A program made the translations under genes and the position numbers. DNA of 50,853 bases from a virus (Duplodnaviria > Caudoviricetes): positions 1 through 50,853 of IMG/VR virus record IMGVR_UViG_3300037468_000175. One strand, 5' to 3'. Positions 1 to 8,113 of this stretch are shown piece by piece; positions within the stretch are counted from its first letter, which is position 1; each line of letters starts with the position of its first letter. The notes beneath the pieces were generated by a model. That model ran no database searches. It was not told where the DNA came from and was given only the letters and a program-made list of their open reading frames with translations.

Positions 1-127
1 CACCGGAACACTTCACTGTGATTGGCGAAAAAGGGGCTACCAGCCGTAAGAACCGCAAAGAAGTCAGGATAGGACCGGATACGTTCAACCTGTCAGTAAT
101 TGGTAAGGATAACGAAGTCCAGGTCAC
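1..127. repeat. 127-bp terminal direct repeat (copy at 50727-50853); probably assembly overlap of a circular genome
   Basis: Identical sequence caccggaaca...aggtcac at both ends; the portal ORF reads through the junction in frame. Confidence 0.95.
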
Positions 128-689
128 AGTCGGTACGTGGCTGGCCTACACTAAAGGGGCACGCATTGACCGCCTGAAAGAGTTCTACCAATCGGGCTTG
201 ATTGACCAGCAGACCTTCCTGGAACACGCCGAGTTCGCCGATATAGAGGATATCGTGGACAAAACCAGAAAAGAGGAGTTGCTCAAGAAGTTTAGGGGAA
301 CTCCGGCTGCAGGTGCCGAAGGTACGGAAGTTTCAGACGAGGAAATCGCCCAACAGGAGAACCTAATGATGACGGTCGAGAAACGCAATGACGTTGAACC
401 GTTACCGGAAGATAACCATCAAATCCACCTTATGGTGCACCGTGATGCTATTGGTTTCTCAGGAGACCCCATTATTGAGGAGCATATGAGGAAACACGAG
501 GAGATGGCAAAGCAGGGCAGTACTCTACCAGCAAGACCCGGGGCGGTGAATCCTGATTTGTCGGTAATGCAACCACCTCTTGAAGGTGTTGCTCCTGGAG
601 TCCAGGGAACTGCCCCGGTGACTCAGCCAATCGCTTCACCGGAGGAAGCCGCTTTGCAACAAAGTCTCCAAGCCGTAATGGGGGGTTAG
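1..689 (+). CDS. Portal protein, C-terminal part
   Basis: In-frame continuation of the 49289 ORF; DNHQIHLMVH motif and P/Q-rich tail resemble portal C-termini. Confidence 0.8.
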   Translation, partial: PEHFTVIGEKGATSRKNRKEVRIGPDTFNLSVIGKDNEVQVTVGTWLAYTKGARIDRLKEFYQSGLIDQQTFLEHAEFADIEDIVDKTRKEELLKKFRGTPAAGAEGTEVSDEEIAQQENLMMTVEKRNDVEPLPEDNHQIHLMVHRDAIGFSGDPIIEEHMRKHEEMAKQGSTLPARPGAVNPDLSVMQPPLEGVAPGVQGTAPVTQPIASPEEAALQQSLQAVMGG

Positions 690-1454
690 ATGGACAAGGC
701 CAAATTATTAAGGTTACGGAATGACATTACCCGTTATTTAGAAAAGAATGACGTCAATGCCAAGGTAATGTCGTTGGACGGGAAGATTAACGAGTTCACC
801 GCCATAACTGTGGGGAAAGCTTTCGACGACTTGGAAGGGAAGTTAGCTGGACTGTTACGCCAGCCAAACCCTAATGACGACACAGTAGCGGCTATTGAGT
901 CGTTAGGTGAGAGGTTAGAGGGATTATTGAAGCAACCCGACAATACCGAAGGAATAACCCAGGCCATCTCCAACATCCGTTTCCCAGAGGTCAACTTCCC
1001 CGACCACATCTCGGTTGATAACTTCCCTCCTCAAAAAATACCCCAGCCAGTTACTAACATCAAATCAACCTTAGTAGCTGATGATACTGGTTTACTACAG
1101 GACATCATTGATGCTTTGGGTGGTGCGAGTAATGCCGATACGATTTACGAGTTCGGGGAACAGAGCGTAGCTGCCGGCAATACCCTGGTTTTGGCTACCT
1201 ACACCGTTCCGGCACTTAAAGTATTAAGCATTAGCGGTATTTTTGGGGAAGGCATTGATAACGGTTTATTCAAACTCTATATTGACGCGGTTAAGGTGTG
1301 GCAAGGGAGGAACGCCTGGACTGAACGCAATGTCCAGAGTTATTTAGTTTATGAGGCCACCGCTGGTCAGGTGGTCCAATTACGAGTTACTAATATAGTT
1401 ACCGCCACCAGGGTTTACTCAGGAGGATTCTATGGCCGACAAATTGACGCTTAA
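690..1454 (+). CDS. Hypothetical protein, beta-rich C-terminal domain (possibly virion-associated)
   Basis: ORF abutting the portal stop; 254 aa. Confidence 0.5.
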   Translation: MDKAKLLRLRNDITRYLEKNDVNAKVMSLDGKINEFTAITVGKAFDDLEGKLAGLLRQPNPNDDTVAAIESLGERLEGLLKQPDNTEGITQAISNIRFPEVNFPDHISVDNFPPQKIPQPVTNIKSTLVADDTGLLQDIIDALGGASNADTIYEFGEQSVAAGNTLVLATYTVPALKVLSISGIFGEGIDNGLFKLYIDAVKVWQGRNAWTERNVQSYLVYEATAGQVVQLRVTNIVTATRVYSGGFYGRQIDA

Positions 1455-1659
1455 CCAAAAGATTGCTTTATTGGAGTGGGAAAACCGTGTCCCGAGTATG
1501 TTAGTTAAACGCCAACAAATAGAGATTGAAAGGTTGAAATTACAAGAACGCATAGACAACTACACAAACTCCATTAAGGATATTGACGAGGCAATCGTCG
1601 TAGCTAAACAGGAGTTTGCAACTTACAAAGCTAGTTTAAATATGGAAGGGGGTGAGTAA
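1432..1659 (+). CDS. Hypothetical coiled-coil protein
   Basis: SD AGGAGG; heptad-like helix. Confidence 0.55.
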   Translation: MADKLTLNQKIALLEWENRVPSMLVKRQQIEIERLKLQERIDNYTNSIKDIDEAIVVAKQEFATYKASLNMEGGE

Positions 1660-1664
1660 ATTAT

Positions 1665-2261
1665 ATGGCAGATTTTGATAGTTCTTTACCCGTAAGAACC
1701 GAAGTAGATGGGGATGTTGGCTCAAGGATTGTTGGTACAACCATTACTAATGTAGCCGAGGTCAATTCCAATGATGAGTTATTGGTTCACGATGCTGATA
1801 CCCTTACCGCTTTAGGTGATGGTTCAACAATAGTTCAGGTGATAGATGCTAATTCTGATGCTTTAGATGTTAACACCGATGGCTCAATCAACGTAAATGT
1901 GGTGAACACAACCGCAGGAGATCAAATCCACGTTTACGATACGGAAGCTGCTGTAGTGGCAAGTGCTACCCCTGTTGACGTTTTGACATATTCCGTGACC
2001 ACTGGCAAGACATTTTTGCTAAAGTATGTACACGCCTCGGCCTCTGGTAAAGCTAAAGTGATTGTTAAGACAGGAACACCCGCATCAGAAACAGAAAAGG
2101 CAGTCTTCTTTATCAGTACCGCTAATGGGTTTGGGTTTGCAGAATTTCCTAACCCCATTGAAGTTGTTGCTGACGATAATGTTCTAATAGAGATGGCTAA
2201 CCTTGATAAAACAGCGCAGGATTTGTATGCCTACATAAACGGTGTTGAAGTAGCCCCGTAG
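1665..2261 (+). CDS. Hypothetical acidic beta-rich protein (putative virion decoration)
   Basis: SD GGGGGTGA; shares the ELLVHD motif with 2335..2928. Confidence 0.55.
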   Translation: MADFDSSLPVRTEVDGDVGSRIVGTTITNVAEVNSNDELLVHDADTLTALGDGSTIVQVIDANSDALDVNTDGSINVNVVNTTAGDQIHVYDTEAAVVASATPVDVLTYSVTTGKTFLLKYVHASASGKAKVIVKTGTPASETEKAVFFISTANGFGFAEFPNPIEVVADDNVLIEMANLDKTAQDLYAYINGVEVAP

Positions 2262-2331
2262 GCAAACTCTAACGTGGTTGCGGGTGGGGAACACCCTCCC
2301 GCTTCCACTTAGATTATGATAGGATTTGTTT

Positions 2332-2928
2332 ATGGCCGATCTAAATGATGTAACAATGGACGTAACCCTATTTGACGACAATAGTGGCAATTACGCTGAC
2401 ATAAATGCTAACCACGAGTTATTGGTTCACGACGACCACGGATTCGCCGTTCTAGATGGGGACAGGTGGCAAACCTCGGTTAAGTATGGACGGGGGTTTT
2501 CAACGGTCAATGAGTTTGTGACTATATCCGGTCAGGCAGAAACGGACTTCCTTCTAATTACCAACCCCACAGGGTCAGGAAAGATTGCCTACTTCGAGGA
2601 ATGGAACTATACCTATAACAAAGGGGCGGGCATTTCTATTCTTCGGGCGTATTCCGGTCCGACCATTACCGCTAACGGAACGGCTCAGTCCGTTATTAAG
2701 CTCAAACCAAGCAGTGCTATAAGTACGGCGTTGTCGGTTTACCGTGCGCCAACAATTAGTGCGAGGGGAACGTTAACCAGAATTGTCGGTCAATCGGCGG
2801 TTGGGAGCTTTGTGTATCATACGGACTTAGGTGCTATGTTAGAATCAAACTCCTCACTCTTACTTACCATTCAACCGGCGGCCAATAATACCGACCATAG
2901 TTTATTTGTGGAATGGGAGGAACAATAA
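2332..2928 (+). CDS. Hypothetical beta-rich protein, paralogous N-terminus with 1665..2261
   Basis: MADL start; NANHELLVHD motif. Confidence 0.55.
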   Translation: MADLNDVTMDVTLFDDNSGNYADINANHELLVHDDHGFAVLDGDRWQTSVKYGRGFSTVNEFVTISGQAETDFLLITNPTGSGKIAYFEEWNYTYNKGAGISILRAYSGPTITANGTAQSVIKLKPSSAISTALSVYRAPTISARGTLTRIVGQSAVGSFVYHTDLGAMLESNSSLLLTIQPAANNTDHSLFVEWEEQ

Positions 2929-3213
2929 ATGGCAGACTATATGTACCATTGTTACGTTTACCACGAAACCGACGGGGTTATGGGGATAGTGCCGGCCGAT
3001 GAAGATGCCAACAATTTAGATTGGGAAACTAACTATAAAAGCCAGGCATTAGAGGTCAATGACATTATTCCAGCGGCTACTACGTTTGAATTGATTAAGA
3101 CCTGGACTCAATTTAAGGCACTGATTGTCTCCCCTTACACTTGGTCAGACGTTAAGTACGCCCACGAAAGTAACGCTTGGGATATCTATTTGATTACCAG
3201 TACTCAAGCATAG
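2929..3213 (+). CDS. Hypothetical protein
   Basis: ORF coupled to the previous stop; SD GGGAGG. Confidence 0.55.
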   Translation: MADYMYHCYVYHETDGVMGIVPADEDANNLDWETNYKSQALEVNDIIPAATTFELIKTWTQFKALIVSPYTWSDVKYAHESNAWDIYLITSTQA

Positions 3214-3220
3214 GAGGCAT

Positions 3221-3388
3221 ATGGCGGCTAAATACGATTATCGGATTGTCCAGATACCGGCAGGATATACGGCGGCACAAATAGAAACCGCCCTTAAGGC
3301 CCAGGGGCAGTTAGGGTGGTTGCTAATTCACATTCAACAAATCGGTACTAATTATTTTGCTGTTTTATTGAAAACACTCTCGTTATGA
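3221..3388 (+). CDS. Small DUF4177-like protein (55 aa, not in ORF track)
   Basis: SD AGGAGG; MAAKYDYRIV...IETALKAQGQLGWLLI resembles the YEY..E..LN..G..GWELV pattern. Confidence 0.5.
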   Translation: MAAKYDYRIVQIPAGYTAAQIETALKAQGQLGWLLIHIQQIGTNYFAVLLKTLSL

Positions 3389-3567
3389 CCTACGATATCA
3401 ACCAATTACGCAACCTACGGGATACGATTGATACTTATTTGGCTAAAGGTAACGAGGATGAACAACGGATTTATGATGCTTTAGAGAAGTCTATCGCCAA
3501 AGCGGTAGCCGAAGGAATGAAGCCAGTACTCGATGAGTTCGTCAAACAACTCAAAGAGTCTCATTGA
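3385..3567 (+). CDS. Hypothetical protein
   Basis: ATGA overlap; N-terminus (LRNLRDTIDTYL) resembles that of 690..1454 (LLRLRNDITRYL). Confidence 0.5.
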   Translation: MTYDINQLRNLRDTIDTYLAKGNEDEQRIYDALEKSIAKAVAEGMKPVLDEFVKQLKESH

Positions 3568-3592
3568 CGCTATCTAGTAATCGTGATACAAA
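3564..3592 (+). promoter_or_regulatory. Sigma70-type promoter upstream of the head genes
   Basis: TTGACG-17 nt-TACAAA with extended TG. Confidence 0.55.
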
Positions 3593-3605
3593 TTAACTAA
3601 GAGTT

Positions 3606-3641
3606 AACCTCATAGTGAATTGTCGCTATGAGGTTCTTTTT
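3606..3641 (+). terminator. Intrinsic terminator-like hairpin
   Basis: AACCTCATAG...CTATGAGGTT followed by CTTTTT. Confidence 0.65.
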
Positions 3642-3655
3642 GTAAGGAGGCAAGT

Positions 3656-3922
3656 ATGGCTAAATCAGCCAAGTCACCGAAACCCATAATGGGTCCGCAG
3701 AGGCGGGCAGTTCCCCCAGGTATATTCAAAAAGTATGTAGACCCCACTTCGTCAGAAGCGCAGGGTGGTGGAATGTCTAGCTTTTTTGGTATTGAAGTTC
3801 AACCTGTCGATATGAACTATGCCGCAGTACCTACAGAACTCACCCAAGCCGATAAGGAGGGTACGGAGAACCTCCAAAAGGTGATGGACACAACTATGGA
3901 GAGGTTCGGATTAAAGTATTAA
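3656..3922 (+). CDS. Hypothetical protein
   Basis: SD AAGGAGG. Confidence 0.6.
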   Translation: MAKSAKSPKPIMGPQRRAVPPGIFKKYVDPTSSEAQGGGMSSFFGIEVQPVDMNYAAVPTELTQADKEGTENLQKVMDTTMERFGLKY

Positions 3923-3935
3923 GTAAGGAGGTAGT

Positions 3936-4163
3936 ATGCCAGCAACCAAATATGCAGGCAGTCCTATGGGAAGCGGAAATCCTCCGGGCGAACACAGTGA
4001 GGAATATCTAAGTCCTCCTGGTAGCGGTACCGGACATTTTGTCGCTTCTTCGACTTATCGGGCTGATACAGGAAGGGCCGAGTCGGAGAAAGTGGTGGGT
4101 AACCAACCCGCCGAGAAAAAGGAAGATAAGGTAGAGAAGTTCTCTAACCAACCGTCGATTTAG
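3936..4163 (+). CDS. Hypothetical disordered protein
   Basis: SD AAGGAGGT. Confidence 0.6.
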   Translation: MPATKYAGSPMGSGNPPGEHSEEYLSPPGSGTGHFVASSTYRADTGRAESEKVVGNQPAEKKEDKVEKFSNQPSI

Positions 4164-4185
4164 TTCTTTTACAATTTAAGCCAAA

Positions 4186-4263
4186 CTTAAAGGCCGATAC
4201 TGGATTGCGACTTGGGGCATTGTTCCCCCGGGCAGGAGTCGCAATCCGCTACGGGCCTTTAAG
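4186..4263 (+). promoter_or_regulatory. Nested stem-loop in the scaffold 5' leader
   Basis: CTTAAAGGCC/GGCCTTTAAG outer stem; GGATTGCGACT/AGTCGCAATCC inner stem. Confidence 0.55.
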
Positions 4264-4353
4264 GCCACCCTTTCCCTATCGAGTCGTGGGCGTTACCACA
4301 GTAAGGAGAAGGATAGACGGTTCGTACCCGTTACCGTACAGAGAGGAGATAGT

Positions 4354-5079
4354 ATGGCAGATATGCCAAAGGTGGAAGAAACTACCACCCCCGCCCCGTC
4401 AGCGGAAACAGAAAACCAGGAAACCACGCCTGGGGAAGACATAGCAGTAGAGGGTTCGCAACCTCAGTCACCCCAAGAGGAAAGTCCTGCGGAGAGTGGT
4501 TATGATAAGCGGCTTCGCCGTCAGTCTGAGAAGATTAAACGGATGGGCGAGGAATTGGACCACTGGAAGAATATCGCATCGAGGTTCGCGCAAACGGACG
4601 CCAGGGCGGTACAGACACCATCACCCCAATATCCTAGAGCCGAAGTCGACCAAGCCATTAGCACCTTGAAACAGGCCGGAATGGTCACTAAAGATGAATT
4701 GAACGATGTGCTGACCCGGCTTCATTGGGACCAGTTACACACTCGTAACGAGTCACAGGTCAACAGTAACTCCAACTTACCCAAATACAATCGGGATGAG
4801 GTGGAGGAGTACGCCAGGGATAAGGGGATATCAGACCCAATGGCGGCTTACCGAGATATGTACTTTGACGAGATAGTGGACTCAATGAAACGGAACGCGC
4901 CTCGGTCTAAGTCTATGACCACCGAAAGGCCATCGAAACCGAACAATGTCTCCCGTGAACCGCTAACGCTGGATTCATTCAGGGAGAAGTTGCAAGGACC
5001 AGATGGGGCCAAGTTTTATGAGGAACTTGCTAAGGACCCGGCCAAGTTTGACCATATCCTTAAGCAATTGGCTGAATAA
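4354..5079 (+). CDS. Capsid scaffolding protein
   Basis: Acidic disordered N-terminus, helical body, directly upstream of the capsid gene; SD GAGGAG. Confidence 0.75.
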   Translation: MADMPKVEETTTPAPSAETENQETTPGEDIAVEGSQPQSPQEESPAESGYDKRLRRQSEKIKRMGEELDHWKNIASRFAQTDARAVQTPSPQYPRAEVDQAISTLKQAGMVTKDELNDVLTRLHWDQLHTRNESQVNSNSNLPKYNRDEVEEYARDKGISDPMAAYRDMYFDEIVDSMKRNAPRSKSMTTERPSKPNNVSREPLTLDSFREKLQGPDGAKFYEELAKDPAKFDHILKQLAE

Positions 5080-5142
5080 TAACCACACCTCCGGAACTTA
5101 CTAACAAAACACATCAACAGGAATAGTGAGGAGGTGACATTT

Positions 5143-6003
5143 ATGCCTAATTTGACAACGACCACTTCGGCCGTGTTTATTCCCGAAGTTTGGTCAGTTG
5201 AAACCCTGCGAGCTGCAGAACGCGCTTTGGTTCTCGCGCCCCTGGTTAAGCGTTATGACTCCTTGGTCAAGATGCGTGGTGATACCATCCACGTACCCAG
5301 AGTGAGTAACTTATCGGCCAACGATAAGATACAAGACTCCGAGGTGACCTTGCAGACCGTAACTGAAACCGAGGTTGGTATTGATATTGACCAATGGAAA
5401 GAGGTGTCCTTCGAGATTGAAGACATCGTCAAAGTCCAGTCACAATACGACCTGAGAAGCGAGTACACCGCCAAAGCCGGTTACGCCATCGCCCAAGCGG
5501 TTGATACTGACTTATTCGCCCTCTACGCTTCGTTGACCACCACAGATGTCGGCACTTATGGTGTCGATATTGGTGACGACGAGATTGTAGCGGCACTTCA
5601 GGTATTGGATGAGGCCGACGCCCCGTTGGAAGACCGTTTCTTAGTGATTGCGCCTTCGCAAAAAGCCGCGATTATGAAGCTGGACAAGTTCGTTAAGGCC
5701 GATTACCTCGGTCAATACGATATGCCTACTCCGGTTAAGAAAGGCCCCAACAACCGCTATCTATGGGGAGATATTTATGGTGTCCCAACCTACTACACCA
5801 ACCAAGTTCCGGTAACTGCCGGGACTCCAGACCAGACCCACAATATCTTATTCCATAAGGAAGCGTTCGCTTTAGCGATGCAACTCTCACCGAGGACACA
5901 AGCATCGTACTGGCAAAAAGACTTAGCCTGGTTAGTGACAGCAGATACCATCTACGGAGTCTCCGTACTTCGTGACGATTTTGGTGTCGAAATCAGAAGC
6001 TAA
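5143..6003 (+). CDS. Major capsid protein (HK97 fold, P22/T7-like)
   Basis: FIPEVWS, GDTIHVP, IDQWKEVSFEIEDI, AGYAIAQAVD, FHKEAFALA, D.IYGV motifs; SD GAGGAGGTGA. Confidence 0.9.
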   Translation: MPNLTTTTSAVFIPEVWSVETLRAAERALVLAPLVKRYDSLVKMRGDTIHVPRVSNLSANDKIQDSEVTLQTVTETEVGIDIDQWKEVSFEIEDIVKVQSQYDLRSEYTAKAGYAIAQAVDTDLFALYASLTTTDVGTYGVDIGDDEIVAALQVLDEADAPLEDRFLVIAPSQKAAIMKLDKFVKADYLGQYDMPTPVKKGPNNRYLWGDIYGVPTYYTNQVPVTAGTPDQTHNILFHKEAFALAMQLSPRTQASYWQKDLAWLVTADTIYGVSVLRDDFGVEIRS

Positions 6004-6058
6004 TAACGTCCACTGGTAGGGGCTACCTGCCCACCCCTACCGCCGAACGTGAGGACAT

Positions 6059-6235
6059 ATGATTACCGATGAACAATACAACAAGGGAGGTTACGCCAAA
6101 CACAATCTAAAGAAAGAATACATTGAGGAGGTCCACTCCCGCACCGTAGGGCCTGATGGTAAGGTCTACCACGGTGAATCCGGAAAACAGTTACTCCGCC
6201 GGAAACAAGAAATGCAACGGTATTATGAGCGTTAA
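6059..6235 (+). CDS. Hypothetical protein (58 aa, not in ORF track)
   Basis: SD GAGGA; MITDEQYNKGG...QRYYER. Confidence 0.5.
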   Translation: MITDEQYNKGGYAKHNLKKEYIEEVHSRTVGPDGKVYHGESGKQLLRRKQEMQRYYER

Positions 6236-6842
6236 GGTAGTAGCGGCATTACCAACCAGGGGGTTGATATACGCCCGAACCATTACCTCAATGCTCGAGA
6301 ACGGCTTAACAGAATACGTGATTGTGGAGGGGTTACCCATACCCACCTCCCACAACACGGCGATAAAGAAGGCGTTGGCCCTTAACCCGACCCACGTGTT
6401 CCTTATCGAGGAGGACATTTACTTACCTCCAGGCACCTTACAAAGGATGTTAGCGGTAGATGCCCCGGTAGTTTTCGTTAACTACCCCGTACTAGATACG
6501 GGTACAGGTACAGGTACGGTCTATTCGAAACACGGCCAAGTATGGCACGGACCTACCGGATGCGCCCTGGTCAAGAGGGAGGTATTTAGCCAAATGAAAT
6601 ACCCCTGGCTTGAAACCCAATACTCATTTGATGCCAGGGATTGGAAGATGATGAATATCCCTAACAAATACGGAGGCCAAGATATTCATTGGGGGTACAA
6701 GTTACGCAAGTTAGGTATTGAAATGAAACAAGTGACTAATTGGCAAGCCCAACATCTACGGTGCGCCCAATTAGCCAGGATTGAGAACAATAATGGGTGT
6801 TATGACATTAGAAGATTGAAACCATTAAGGAATACACAATGA
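6225..6842 (+). CDS. GT-A (family 2-like) glycosyltransferase
   Basis: HVFLIEEDIYLP (DxD-like), GTGC-like GPTGCALVKREVF, GGQDIHW acceptor motif. Confidence 0.7.
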   Translation: MSVKVVAALPTRGLIYARTITSMLENGLTEYVIVEGLPIPTSHNTAIKKALALNPTHVFLIEEDIYLPPGTLQRMLAVDAPVVFVNYPVLDTGTGTGTVYSKHGQVWHGPTGCALVKREVFSQMKYPWLETQYSFDARDWKMMNIPNKYGGQDIHWGYKLRKLGIEMKQVTNWQAQHLRCAQLARIENNNGCYDIRRLKPLRNTQ

Positions 6843-7066
6843 AACCAATAGTCATAAACAAAAAGAAAATGGTGTACGACCGGGGGCGGTATAAGACTGT
6901 CAATAATGTCGGTAGTGTCAGTGCCAAGAAGGGAATAATCCAGTCATTGTTTAACAGGAAAAGCCGTCTCAAGAGTGAGGGTGACCGGGGTATTGGCGTG
7001 GCTCTTAGCCGAAGGGCAGCTATGATTGACGAAATAGACAAAGAGATACAAAAAAGTTATAAATAA
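6839..7066 (+). CDS. Basic hypothetical protein
   Basis: K/R-rich ORF, overlaps the previous stop. Confidence 0.5.
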   Translation: MKPIVINKKKMVYDRGRYKTVNNVGSVSAKKGIIQSLFNRKSRLKSEGDRGIGVALSRRAAMIDEIDKEIQKSYK

Positions 7067-7075
7067 GGAGGTTGT

Positions 7076-7468
7076 ATGCCATCAATGGGAGACTATCTTG
7101 CAAAATGGAAGAAGCCAGCGATACCTAAGCCAATCCAGTCCAGAATAAAGTCTAGAGAACGGGTTAAGAGTGAAACCCAAGTTACTAAAGACGCTTACGA
7201 ACGAAAAGGGCAAGAACTCAAATACCAAGCCCGTCGGGATATGGCCAAAGCATTTCTAGCTAAAGGAGTTCACAGTGCGGCAAAAGGTGCAGCTTTGGGA
7301 GTTACTCCTGGAGGAGTATCAGCTAGAGGTGTGGCAAAGGGTGCGGCTATGGGAGCCGTTGGTAGGAAGATAATGAAATTAGGCAATAAGAAAATGATAT
7401 TGAACAGGGGGCGGTGGAAGGAATTAAAGAACGCCGGCTCTTGGTCAACCCGTAAAGGGAAAGTATAG
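7076..7468 (+). CDS. Basic hypothetical protein
   Basis: SD AAGGAGG; K/R-rich with AKGAA.G repeats. Confidence 0.6.
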   Translation: MPSMGDYLAKWKKPAIPKPIQSRIKSRERVKSETQVTKDAYERKGQELKYQARRDMAKAFLAKGVHSAAKGAALGVTPGGVSARGVAKGAAMGAVGRKIMKLGNKKMILNRGRWKELKNAGSWSTRKGKV

Positions 7469-7481
7469 AGGAGTTACCTAT

Positions 7482-7766
7482 ATGCCAATAGTTGGTCAGT
7501 CCATTGAGAGCACCCAACTTGACTTTGTTTCCGGTAGTGCCACCTCGGAAACATTTAGGTTGGGCACCGTATCAAACACAGTTCGGAGGTTAACCTTAAC
7601 CACCGATACTGATGTGTATATCAATTTTGATGAGGATGCTGACGATACGTGTTTCGTTCTGCAGCCAGGTTGTCCATTAGTATTCGACAGTCTGACCTTT
7701 ACCATTATTAGTGCACAGGGTGTCAACTCAGGTGGCACGCTGTACATACTAGCACAACGTAATTAA
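7482..7766 (+). CDS. Small beta-sandwich virion protein (putative decoration)
   Basis: SD GAGGAG; located in the structural module. Confidence 0.55.
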   Translation: MPIVGQSIESTQLDFVSGSATSETFRLGTVSNTVRRLTLTTDTDVYINFDEDADDTCFVLQPGCPLVFDSLTFTIISAQGVNSGGTLYILAQRN

Positions 7767-7776
7767 GGAGGTGACT

Positions 7777-8106
7777 ATGGCTTGCGGAGACTTGCCTATC
7801 GGGGCAATAACTTTCAATGAAACTGTAACGACCGCTAATGCAACGGCTGGTCTTACAGTTAAGACCGCTATATCGGGCAAAACTATATTTGTTACTGATA
7901 TTACTATTAGTACCGATACCGAAACCAACATCGAGATACAGGATACGGCCAGTGCGGTAAAGTGCCAACAGATGTACTTTCCGGCTACCAGTATTTGGTC
8001 AAAGACCTGGATGACTCCACTGCAATTCGCAATTAGTACAGGAGTAAAGGTAGTTGCCGCTGATGCGGGAAATGTTTCGGTTACCATTACCGGTTATGTA
8101 AAGTAG
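7777..8106 (+). CDS. Small beta-rich virion protein
   Basis: SD AAGGAGGTGA; located in the structural module. Confidence 0.55.
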   Translation: MACGDLPIGAITFNETVTTANATAGLTVKTAISGKTIFVTDITISTDTETNIEIQDTASAVKCQQMYFPATSIWSKTWMTPLQFAISTGVKVVAADAGNVSVTITGYVK

Positions 8107-8113
8107 AGGAGTT

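Noticed and set aside
1-127. Biological terminal repeat
   Set aside because: 127 bp equals a common assembler k-mer, and the repeat falls mid-portal gene
3683-3703. Self-target of guide unit 41339 (K-I-M-G-P-R versus phage P-I-M-G-P-Q)
   Set aside because: Only four dinucleotides match, which is within chance
4205-4444. 79-aa ORF over the scaffold leader, and the many antisense ORFs in the track
   Set aside because: No SD; they overlap stronger genes or structured RNA
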